Positions 52,570 through 64,000 of a stretch of 64,000 nucleotides of DNA are shown piece after piece. The stretch's first letter is position 1; each line of letters opens with the position of its first letter. Source of the stretch: Lingula anatina (Eukaryota > Animalia > Brachiopoda); contig CM120642.1 of the NCBI GenBank assembly GCA_051362555.1, positions 25,792,001 through 25,856,000 on the forward strand, in the 5' to 3' direction. The notes beneath the pieces were generated by a model. That model saw only the letters and a list, made by a program, of their open reading frames with translations. It was not told where the DNA came from and searched no databases. The translations under genes and the position numbers were made by a program.

Positions 52570-54999
52570 ATCCTCAGTTTAGAATTGTCATCAAAAGTCT
52601 TTTCACACCAAGTATCATATATCTTTGTGGTATATAGCTTAGAGATACTTCCCTGTTGATCACACTTCAGGTTATTGCAATGACTTTCCCAGTGTCGCTT
52701 TCCTACTGTTTTGGTGGAAGTTAATCAATTGACTTATGTCTTAGGGCTTCGTTTAGGTAACTCCCATACATAATATTCAGGCTATTAACTTGACAATATA
52801 TTCAAAACAACAGTGCAGTTGTATTGCTAAGATTTAATGTTTCATGTGAAAAGGCAAAAACTCTTGGAAGCCTGTGTGTCAGAATGCTTGTCAAAATTAT
52901 ACACATCCATCCCTTTTAAAGAATATTTCATTTTTGTTGGGTATTCATTTTCAAGAAATAAGTAACATTTGCTTTTCTTGTTGCTGTATGAAATATATAG
53001 ATTAAAATGCTGTCAGTTTGTATTTTAGATCAGTTAGCAATAAAATTCAACTTTCCTCACCAAAATATTGTCTGTAGAATGTGATTTTTATGTATAGCCG
53101 TCACCTGTGTCTGTCGTTGCTGCAATCGTCGCTCTGTACTTTCACCAATAACACCATAAGTGAAAACCATTTTACCTTTTGGCTTGAACTGATTAATATT
53201 CATAATACTCAGGTCAAGTTAAAAAATCGGCATGATCAGGACATTTTCTAAAAAGTTATGATGTTTTTTCACTTTTTTCAGCATATATGCAACACCGATA
53301 ACACGATAAGTGGAAAACCATTTTACCTCTTGGCTTGAAACTTACAGAATTAATGAATATTTATAATAAGCAGGTCGAGTTTGAAAATCGGCATGATCGG
53401 GCCATTTTTTCCAGTGTTATGCTGTTTTTTTTTTTTTTTTTTTTTTTTGCGTTTTTTGGCATATATGCGACACAAATAACAGATTTTAAGGAAAACCATG
53501 GGCCTATTGTCTTGAAACCCACAGGTGTGTTCAATTTTACTTAGATACAGGTTGAGTTAGAAAATCAGCATGATCGGGCCATTTTTTTTTTTTTAATTTT
53601 TCCGCTTTTTTCAGCATATATGCAACATTGATAACGCATTTCGAGGAAAACTGATTTTGTCTTGAAATCTATACGAGTGATTTTCTAAGTGTGTACTTGA
53701 ACTTACATGGGCCTGAAGCCTTATGCTTTTACTTTCATCGGTATAGCCTGTTGTGCATAATTAAAATTTAATGTTGACTTTGCAGTGAAGCATATTGTAT
53801 TATTGCATCAGAATTGACAGTATCCTATTATGTGCATTATAATTTTCTGCTTTTTGTCTGTACATTTGACAGATTTGCTGCCTTTTTTTTCAGTGAAACC
53901 AGAGACCCGAAAATATTCTATTTGATCAGCAGAATTAGTAAGAGTTCTGTTTAACCATTAGCGGTACAAAAAAAAAAAAAAAAAAAAAAAACATGCATCT
54001 TGCTAAGGTGGATAAATAAGTCCATACCTATAAATGACGTGCTTTGATTTAATATTTTGTAACATTGTCTGCCAGACTTTCGCCAGTTAAGATGAAAACA
54101 TCCAGGACATTTGATAAATGCGCAAAAAGCATTATCTTTTGTTCGATTATCCTTTTTGTGGCAGCATTCTTCATAGGTATTTTGATTTTTGAGACTGCAA
54201 TTGACTTCTAGCGGTAGCGAGATTTGTAAATATTTAAAACGTGAAAAATGCATAAACTCTTGGAGATCTTGTGTCAGAATGCTCAAATTATACACATCCT
54301 CAGTTTAGAATTGTCAACAAAGGTCTTTTCACACCAAGTATCATATATCTTTGTGGTATAGCTTAGAGATTCTTCCCTGTTGATCACACTTCAGGTTATT
54401 GCAATCCCTTTCCCAGTGTCGCTTTCCTGCTGTTTTATTGGAAGTTGATAAATTGACTTATGTCGAGCGCCAGGGCTTCGTTAAGGTCAACCCGTACATA
54501 ATATTCAGGCTATAAACCTGACAATCTATTCAAAACATAGCTTCGTTTGGGTCAACCCTTACATAATATTCAGGCTATTAACTTGACAATCTATTCAAAA
54601 CATAAAAGTACAGCTGTATTGCAAAGATTTAATGTTTCGTGTGATTTTTTTCAGTGAAAACCAGAGACCTGAAAATATTCTATTTGATCAGTAGAATTAG
54701 TACGAGTTCTGTTTAACCATTGGTGGGACAAAAAACAAAACACCAAAAATAATTATGCAATTCTGCATACTAAGGTGAATAAATAGGTCCATACCTATAA
54801 ATTACGTGCTTAGCTTTTATATTTTGTAACATTGTCTGCCAGACTTTCGCCAGTCAAGATGAAAACATCCAGGACATTGGATAAATGTGCAAAAGGCATT
54901 ATCTTTTTGTCGATGATCCTTTTTCTGGCAGCGTTCTTCATAGGTATTTTGATTTGCGCAACTGTAATTTACTTCTAGTGGTAGCGAGATTTGTAAATA
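52570..54999 (+). repeat. Complex local duplication (A-B ... C-B'-A'-C')
   Basis: 52570-52850 matches about 54296-54644; 52847-52908 matches 54241-54299; 53884-54232 matches 54645-54999. Confidence 0.9.
53085..53700. mobile_element. Degenerate element with 3-4 internal tandem units of about 160-175 bp (HINE-like remnant)
   Basis: gaaaacc..., cagg...agtt..aaaatc.gcatgatc (gcatgatc at 53230, 53391, 53568) and gcatatatgc recur; ends not well defined. Confidence 0.5.
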
Positions 55000-55508
55000 A
55001 TTACCATATGTGAAGAATTGCGGAAGAATTACATTCGAAAAGGACCCGTGCTAACGTCAAAGATCTAAATCAACAAATATTGGTTGGGGGATCGGAATCA
55101 AAGATTTTTTTTGAGAACGCAATGGGTTGTCTTTTCGCTTCCTTTTAGGTACTTACGGCGTAATATAGTTCAATGAGTAATTTATGGACGGTTTTCGTTA
55201 TACAATTTATGCCTCAGATTGAAAAGTGATAGGGAATCTGTTATGTTTTTAATGTAGGTTTGGCGTTCCATGGAAGGGAATTATTCATACCATGCAAGGT
55301 AAGAACATTTTCTTCAGACAAGATTAGGTTACCTGCCAGTCATGAAAAGCTAATTTTAAAATGAAATTATAATAACAAACTCGTGTAACTGTGTTAATTA
55401 TTTGTCGAAATAAAGCAAAAGTAATTAAATTATGAAACGAGGGTATTCCAAGGTGAAATATTTCGTTTATCTTCCTTTTCAAATAATTCAGGGTACATTA
55501 ATACTTAA

Positions 55509-55844
55509 AGGGATAATAACTCTTCGTTTCTGCCAAAAAATGAATTTTCCTGGAGTAAACAACAATTTTTCCATACTTACCTATGGTGAATGAATCCATT
55601 TTACATTCAAAGTTAGTCCCTGTTTTTTTTCTAAAAAGTTTGGTTTTTTGTTAAAATCTCTTAAGTGATTATAACAGAGTATAGCCATCAATGGAGGTCA
55701 CATGGTCTAAAGACAAGCTCAGATATCAGAATAATAGCTATAACTGCCGTTTTTGTGGTAAAACAGAATATATTATATTTCTATGAGTTATTCACAATGT
55801 TTTTATTGCGAAATATAGATCTCATACGAAGAGTTATTATCCCT
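55509..55844. mobile_element. Non-autonomous TTAA-targeting DNA transposon (Kolobok-like)
   Basis: ttaa|agggataataactcttcgt ... acgaagagttattatccct|ttaa: perfect 19-bp TIR, TTAA duplication, purine-purine terminus. Confidence 0.8.
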
Positions 55845-56358
55845 TTAACATTGAACGGTTACTTCTTTTCCAAAAAATTATCGTCTCTTGATTATTGATT
55901 TCAGGCTCACTTCCAGTCAAGTTAGGGCGGCTTTACTTAAGCCTATATGACATTGGCCATGCCATGTGCGTGCGGTGCCAATATATCCCTTTTTATTGGA
56001 TACACGGTCACTGTAGGCTTTATGAAGCTGTCACGCTTAAACTTTTGACAAACTCCTTTTTGTTCCAGCCACTACGATTGTATATTAAATAAGTGACGCG
56101 CAGTTTGATTTACGTTATCAAAATTACAGTTTGAAATTGTTTTCACACGCACCTACTAGTCCGTATTTAATTTGGCATTCCTAAATTGACTGAAAATGAG
56201 GCAAATTTATGCCTTAGGTCTTTAAAGAAAGTACGGGGAACCCATATCAGTTGCCAAAGAAATTTTTGGCACTATGCTAGGCAAAACAACAAAACTTCAA
56301 AAGAGCATTTTCTTACGTGAATCATTTATACCATTACACAAAACATATTCTCTTAAAG

Positions 56359-57312
56359 GTGTCTGGGCAAGATGGAGGCAACGTCCAACCCATAATGACG
56401 GACGAATGGATCAGAACCATTGCATTCAGAAAACAGCGTGTAAAATGGGCATGTCAAAAACATGGAACAGGTGCTCGATCGCTGAAAGACCCACCTTTGA
56501 GTGAGGAGAAGAAATATATCTGGGTGAGCGACGCCTTGCAGCTCGTCTTTTGCGAAGTCCCAAAGGCGGCAAGTACAAGTTGGAAAAAGTCCATATTACA
56601 AGCCCTTGGAGTTTATAGGGAGATATCATCCCTTAATGTTCATGCTTTCGACTTTCCAAAGTACCTGCGCCGGCTTGACACATATTCTACAAACGAAACG
56701 GAGTATCGTTTGAAGAACTATCTCAAGTTTTTTGTTCTCCGACATCCTGCAGACAGACTGGTGTCTGCTTACAGATCCAAAATCGAGGTGTGGTGGCCCG
56801 GGAAACCCAGGGCTCTTGCAACCGTTGGGAATTACGTAAGAAAGCATTACCAGAACTTGCCAGAAATCTACCCCACGGACGTTCCATTTAATGATTCTGA
56901 ACTGGTCAGGTACATTGAAGAAAAGAACAAAACTGGGGAAGAATTGTGGCGCAATAGCCATGTATCTAATGTCACATTTCGCGATTTCATACGTTACATT
57001 GGCGACCATCCGGTGACTACAGATAAACACTGGACTCCTGCATCACGTCTGTGTCACCCGTGCTTTATTGACTACGACGTCGTCGCGTACGCTGAAACGT
57101 TAACGACTGATGCGGCAAACATTCTTCAACTCATCGAAGCCGACACCACTTTGAAATTTCCTGACAGCAACAGACAACCATGCCCTCAATGCTTGAGAAC
57201 GTCAAAAATGTTCGAACCTGTCTCAGAAGAAGAAATGGGTCGCATAAGGGAGATATACGAATTGGACTGGACGATGCGTGTAGGAGAAACAGATATTGAA
57301 AAATCACCTTGA
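56359..57312 (+). CDS. Carbohydrate sulfotransferase (Sulfotransfer_2 / CHST11-like) catalytic exon
   Basis: 5'-PSB motif FCEVPKAASTSWK, 3'-PB motif FFVLRHPADRLVSAYRSK, and DKHWTPASRLCHPCFIDYDVV. The acceptor tctcttaaag is at 56358 within ORF 56317-57312. A 41-nt upstream exon 55258-55298 is phase-compatible; no transmembrane anchor exon was found. Confidence 0.88.
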   Translation: MSGQDGGNVQPIMTDEWIRTIAFRKQRVKWACQKHGTGARSLKDPPLSEEKKYIWVSDALQLVFCEVPKAASTSWKKSILQALGVYREISSLNVHAFDFPKYLRRLDTYSTNETEYRLKNYLKFFVLRHPADRLVSAYRSKIEVWWPGKPRALATVGNYVRKHYQNLPEIYPTDVPFNDSELVRYIEEKNKTGEELWRNSHVSNVTFRDFIRYIGDHPVTTDKHWTPASRLCHPCFIDYDVVAYAETLTTDAANILQLIEADTTLKFPDSNRQPCPQCLRTSKMFEPVSEEEMGRIREIYELDWTMRVGETDIEKSP

Positions 57313-58726
57313 TATATTGGAGATTTATTTAACACACAGTGTTATTGTTGCGAAACGCGGCGTATGGCAGCAAATGGACTCCAGGCCGAGAGAACGTTAA
57401 AGAATTATATGATGTCTAATAGTTTTTTGTCGGATTATGCTGATCGTGGGGATCGCACTGTTCACATTAGCCCTGGGTTCTTTGTCTCGTCACTTTATAA
57501 CTTTCGACTGCTTTTGTTAGAGCAATATGGACATGCAAGTTCATTTATAAAATGTTTGAAAAGATAACAACTTGATAGTTTTTAATGACGGTTAGCAGCA
57601 TTAGAAACATTGAAAACTCATTTCTGCATATATGTCCTTGTATACTTTGGTTCCAGCGCATTATGAAATATGTTCTTACTAGTACGTGTTTGTCATAGCT
57701 TTCTGTTTATTCAGTTGTTTACAGTGCAACTATTTGACCAGCAACACCAAGGCAAATAAAACTGACAAAAACATGTATGTCATGCTTAAGGTCTTAGAAA
57801 TAAGTACGACCAGTGGTCGTCTGAGGTTTTGTGCTTCGCTCAGATTGCTCAAACATGGAAAGTCAACCTAGCCCTCGCAATTCTTTTTTTTTTTTTTGCC
57901 GCGAAGTGAATCACATACGACTGATATAAAGGTTACAAAGGCACACATCTGTAGCAGGCATCATATTGTACTCTCCTACTTTATTAATTCTACTCCTAAC
58001 TCGTGGAGCAAAAAACACACCATCTGTTATTATACAGCACTTGACACGAGAGTCACTGGCACAGTCGCCTGCGGACGGGACCACGGGCTTGTGAAGAGGT
58101 GCATATTCCAAAATCGTCAGGTAAAATTTAACCATAATGGTTATATTATTTATTATATACTGGTATTTTGATATCCTTTTGCTTTAACTAAAGCACTATA
58201 TTTAATTCATACAGTGCCTTTGGCACGGCAAGAAGTTGTACAACTTCTTGGCCACGGCAAATATAGATCGGGGTTACTAGAAATGCCGACAAGTCTAACA
58301 CCTTTAAATCTCTTAGAAAGCAGCAAAGGTAACCATCAAAAATATTAATTTTACTACTTGGAGAAACATTGTGGAGTTCGATATAGAAGTGTGCGTAAAT
58401 GAAATAAATCAAATAAGTTAATTTTGTTCTCTTTCTGCATGAATAAAATTTGTCAGATTTTCATTCGTCACTGGACACAAATTTCTAATGCCAAATCCAT
58501 GGGTTGTTCTTTGAACCTAATGATATGATATTATGTTGAACAACGCATAAAGGTCTAAATTTCAAAAATATGGTTCTTCAGATTAAGGTAATGCACACCT
58601 TCTCGGTCAAAGACAATGCTAAAACATTAGTTCCCCAAACAGAACAGAACATAACCTTGCGTAGATTTTCTGATACCAAACGGAAACAACTCGCAATGGT
58701 TATGAATTTGATATTTTTTTAGATAA

Positions 58727-59161
<435 letters not shown>

Positions 59162-62100
59162 GGAAATGGATGAAATGTGGAATTTTTAAAGACGAAGATG
59201 CTTAAGTTATCTGTGAGTGAAGAACGCGTGTATCTGTCTGAAAGAATGGGAGAGATTAGAGGGGAAATTACCATGCGACAGATGGCCGTAATGACATTTT
59301 GATTTGACTGCATTTATTCTCCACTTAACCATATCATGTATCAACATTCATGACAAGTTTGATATCTCGGAATAAATTATACACAATTTAAATACTGTCT
59401 TTTGTTTTAAAGAATTAAAATGACCATATCTAAGTACAGTACTCAGAAATAAAAATTCAATTTTTGAACTATTTTGCAAGCAGTGTATCTTCTATTGGGA
59501 AATTAAAGTGGCAGCGTGGGTGTCAGGGTAAGCTCCAAGCCAATCTCTGTAACCAGCGCCAGAGATGTGAAGTTTCAGGTGGCTACAACTGTTTAAGGCA
59601 CTGTCACTTACCGTATAGCGGTAACGTATAAGAAAACTTAGCCATGCGCAGACCTTACCTCGTATACAAACTAACATAGGCCTACGTTTCGAGTGCGTAT
59701 CAAACGTTGGTGTACGTTCGGATACCCGGAGGGAGATAATAGTTTTGAGAATGTTCAAAAACAATTCCATACCCTACTTCTAATACGCTGGTTTTATACG
59801 CTCAAAGGTGTGCGTATAATCGACTTCACAATCGCTACTTATTAATACATGTACCTCTTTACGGAAAGCTTAGCCTATACTACAGAAAGTAGATTTGAGT
59901 CTCTGCATTTTCCTTGGGAATGCAGTTGGGAAATTCACAGATATTTTTCAAAGTCGTAAGTGCAAAGTTTATATAATAAAACATCTAATAAAGGCGAAGC
60001 TGATAAAAAGGCAAATCGTATTTCAAGAGACTTGTCGGATATTGTCTCTAATGAGTACTGACGATTCAAGACACAATGACCTTCGTCACATGACTGACTC
60101 TTAGACGTGATTAATTTTATCATCATCACACAAGAGAGAAAAATGGATAACTTTATTTCAGAAAAAAACGAGGCCATTAAGTTCAAATCCATTAAATACA
60201 CCGGTGTGCTAATTTACTTTCAAACCGATTTGTTTGCTGAGGACAGTGTCGAACATGTGTCACCAAATTACCTGTGATTAAGCAGACGACACATTTTACA
60301 TTTCCTGAACACACCTATGAAAAGTCATTCCAAAATAAACCTTCACCTGAAGCAGGGTTAAGAGACTTTAGGAGATACCTTAGCAGACTTAACTGATATA
60401 GAAGGTCAGTCAGTTTCACGAGAGTTAAAAATATATAGACGACTTTGCAGTTGAGACTAGTGGTCTTTTTAGATTTTTGGATTTTTTTTCATTTTTGCTT
60501 TATTTAAAAAAGCTAATTTCAACATCAATTATTCCTGCTTGTAGGTTAAGAATATTGTAAGTTTTGTAACCCTTAATTATCATCCAGATACCGAAAGTGA
60601 GTTTTTTCTTGCATCTAATTATTCAATAATGCATCTGTCTGAGTGCTGATTTAAACAATAAAAACCCTTGAAAATATATAATATCGGCGTTTACATTTCT
60701 CTTTGCAATGTATAAGCATAGGGAGCTCAATGCTTTAATCATCAATTTCACACCTTTCTATTTTGAGGTGATATAGCAATCGGTACGGAGCGTAACTTCA
60801 TCATTGAATAAGATTTTATCACAATTTGGCAGAGTTGACCACGAGTGTATAGGCTACAATCCCGGAAGAAAGAAAAGAAAAAATTAAGACTTCAGTAAAA
60901 TTTTTATGCTTTTAATTATTGTAATTTGGAATATTCACACTACAATATGTACAAGCTTATAATACACTGCTTTGAAATTGCTTCCGGGAAGAACCAAGCT
61001 TAAAAGTATAGAATTCACTCAATTCTCTGGAAGTACATTTTATCATATACAATTTTCTACTGCTTAATAGAAAAGCATACATATAGAATCATACACAAAT
61101 ATAATTATTTGATAGCTATCAGTCCTTCAATAACCAATATTCTTCTATTAATAATGTGTAGCTCAGTTACAAAATTTAAAAGCACTTAGTAAAAACCATA
61201 TACTATCAACTTGATAACAATCCTGAGGAAAGAGAGAAAAGAGAAGGAAACCATTTAAAGAACATTAGTGCTTCATGAAAACTATACTTTTAGTGACTTT
61301 CAATAGGTAATCTTACCTATGACTTTTATGGAATGTTTTCTGTATCATCACAATTCTTAAAAGTTTAACTTTGTAAAAAAAGGAATTCCTCTTTCTTGTT
61401 TCAAACCTCCTCCAAGACCTAATTTTGCATATCCCTCAACATTTTTGAAAAGTAAAAGACATATTTGTGTTAATAAAAACCAGGAGCAGAAATGAACTCA
61501 AAAGCCTATACACATCAAGAATAGTAGCACTGGAAAACATTCCATTATCTAATTATCCCATTTGTTTCTTTATCTGCTTCATGTACAGCCATTTAACCAA
61601 AGCATTCTCTTTTTCCGTTCTCCATAACACCTCAGCATCATATGATGGGCAATGTATAATCTGTTTCAGAGTAACAATCATGTTTTAACCTTATTTGATG
61701 CCTCGAGACGAGACGTGCCACCAACAAGCACTCACAAATTCCAGATGTAAATTCTCATTAATATTCTACAAACCTTCTAGCCCTTCATCTACCCACTCCA
61801 CATAAGCATGATAATAAGTGGAAAGTTCCTATATTGAACTTGTCAATGAAAAAATATTCAATCTTTTATAAAACAGGTTTAATATAACTTGACCTTGAGC
61901 AACATGCATATCTTTTTGCCTTAAGGCAATTCACTGTTTACAAAACAAGAAGTGTAAATTTCACATCAACAATGATGTTAACAATGTAGGTATCAACCAA
62001 ATATTTATTTTGATAAGTTTTTATTACGAGAAAAGATATTATTGAACAAGTCACCTTTGTGACAAGAATTACCAGAATAATCATGGGTGACAACCACAAG

Positions 62101-63342
62101 CTGGACAGATAGGTAGTCAAATGCCATGGGTTTAATTACTCTCTCAGAATAAGAGTCAAATTTTGGATACATAGAAGTGCAAAACAATGCCATTAACAAA
62201 ATTTTTCTTTTCTTACAGAAGAAATAGGGTAAAGTTTTTTAATTATAACAAAGCATTTCTGTTTCTGACCTTTATATAACTGTGTTGTAAATTATGCCTG
62301 TGACCAAAATGAACTGACTTTTGCAATGTAGACGCTGAATGATATTGATTATTATTCGAGGTAGAAATACTGCCCAACACAGTTACTTGTTGCAGACGTA
62401 ATGAAATGAAAGACACACTAACACGCTAGCAGTTGATATGCTGAATATTTTCAGGTTTGGAAGCACAAGTTGTAGAATTGGATCTAGTGGGTGTTCTTCC
62501 TAAGTTTGCACTTAACTACTTAGTAGAACTCTCTCCCTTCAGTGCCAAATACTGACCTATACCCACAGATTGCCCAAATTTGAAATTTACAGATATGAAA
62601 ATTAATAAGAAACAAGTGTCAACTTAAAATGGCTGAGGTGCAAAGAACTTGAAGTGTTTCACTCAGAAGCATTTTATGTCAGCTTACAAGTTTACAACAG
62701 CACTTCTGCAGTTCTTGATCTATTTTAATATATTGAAAATCAAAAATGCAGAATGAATGCTACTGATGCATTATGAAACAAGAGTAACATAGCTTTCAAT
62801 TTTTCACTGTGCCAGAGGAAACATGTCCAATATACCACTGCATACTATGCATAATCAAAATTTATTTAATATTTAAACAAACATGGGCCACAAGATTGCT
62901 TTTTTTTACACAAGCTTTTGGCAGTTCTGGTGAACATGAGGAGTTAGTGAAAGGAACCTGGGTTCGATTCTCATAAAACAAATTCCAAAGAAAGTGACTT
63001 AATATTGCCCCCTTAAAAAAAAGTAAAGGTTGCAGATGAAAAGATTCTATCTTTAGTTATTTTTTAAGGATTACGTACCTCTTTAAGGATTTTGCTTGCA
63101 TCTTCTTTTAGACTATGTAATCTCATTTAAAAGGCTCTGCCTCCATCTCTCACTCAGTTGAAGGCCACCATACATACTGAATGCAGACTACTTGTCCTTA
63201 TTTGCTTTTTCTTTAATTCCATGAACAATAGAGGCTGATATCATTTTTAATAAAAGTTCAATGCAATTTCCAGTATGCCCTTCTCTGATTTTTTTTTTTA
63301 ATATGCTATTTCTATTTGATAAAAAAAGGAAAAATTCCAATG

Positions 63343-63653
63343 CTATAACGCCTTTAACCTTGCAAGAAGTGCCTCGGCATCCGACTCCTCGGGTCCCTCA
63401 CCATTAGCATTATTGTTCGTGGAATTATTAACAGGCTGGGAGTCCTCAATTGGTGCGTTCACAGATCCTTCTCGACTCCGTCTCCCTCCTTCGGCAGCTG
63501 CTGCTGCGGATGCACGGTCTCGCTTTTTCCGCCTTTCTGGACGGACTCTGGGACTACTGTCTGTTCCATCATCAAAGTTTATTTCTTTCACTAAGTCCAT
63601 GCTGGATAAGTTCTGTCTTGACCTTGACCTAGTTAACTGAGCTCTTCTCTCAG
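63343..63653 (-). CDS. DIAPH: Diaphanous-related formin, last coding exon
   Basis: Acceptor tacattccag at 63654. AERRAQLTRSRSR resembles the post-DAD segment of Drosophila Dia (AERRAQLSRSRSR), and the C-terminal EALLARLKAL* resembles vertebrate DIAPH3 EALLARLRAL* (both from recollection). The rest of the gene lies beyond the window. Confidence 0.8.
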
Positions 63654-64000
63654 CTGGAATGTACAAGAAACCCCAGTTTAAGAAAGGTTAAATATATTCA
63701 TGTGGTAGTGGTGGAAAAAATAAAATGGTGGCAAACTGAAATAAAACAGGCATACAGAACCATTACCATGAAATTAAAAATGAAAAATTTATGTATAAAG
63801 CTAATAGGAATCTTTAATGAAGAGTACATAAATCAAAAAGAACAAGAAGAAACCTGAGACAACAGCATACCAAACTTCTAAAGTCAACAAAATAGGACTT
63901 TGACTTCTGATAAAAAAAGATCTATTCAAACAAATATCCAAGAAGTGCATTTAAGATTATCATATTAGTTAAGAGAACATAGTCCTTATGTCAATATGCT

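Noticed and set aside
56426-57030. Antisense ORFs over the sulfotransferase (and similar ones over OGT and DIAPH exons)
   Set aside because: Shadows of real coding sequence on the opposite strand.

Overview
AT-rich, intron-rich invertebrate (metazoan) genomic DNA; the ORF track misses most real coding exons, so gene models were assembled by hand from GT-AG sites and recognised protein sequence. From left to right: (1) the 5' part of a PWWP-domain gene on the minus strand, most likely GLYR1/N-PAC; (2) a 5-exon plus-strand gene for a 107-aa Gly/Tyr/Pro/Gln-rich microprotein starting MGCGSSS, whose last intron holds a small MITE and a Helentron-associated (HINE/DINE-1/pearl-like) element carrying about 14 copies of a 146-bp satellite; (3) a complete O-GlcNAc transferase (OGT) gene on the minus strand (1023 aa) with two tandem, apparently mutually exclusive 101-nt TPR exons separated by a strongly self-complementary intron, and a long intron 4 with hallmarks of regulated retention; (4) a divergently transcribed 7-repeat beta-thymosin gene (273 aa) built from symmetric 114-nt exons, with a candidate alternative terminal exon and several long intronic hairpins; (5) a circularly permuted local duplication; (6) a carbohydrate sulfotransferase (CHST11-like) catalytic exon; (7) a single-repeat beta-thymosin gene; (8) the last exon of a Diaphanous formin. 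Protein identifications are from recognition of the sequence, not database searches.
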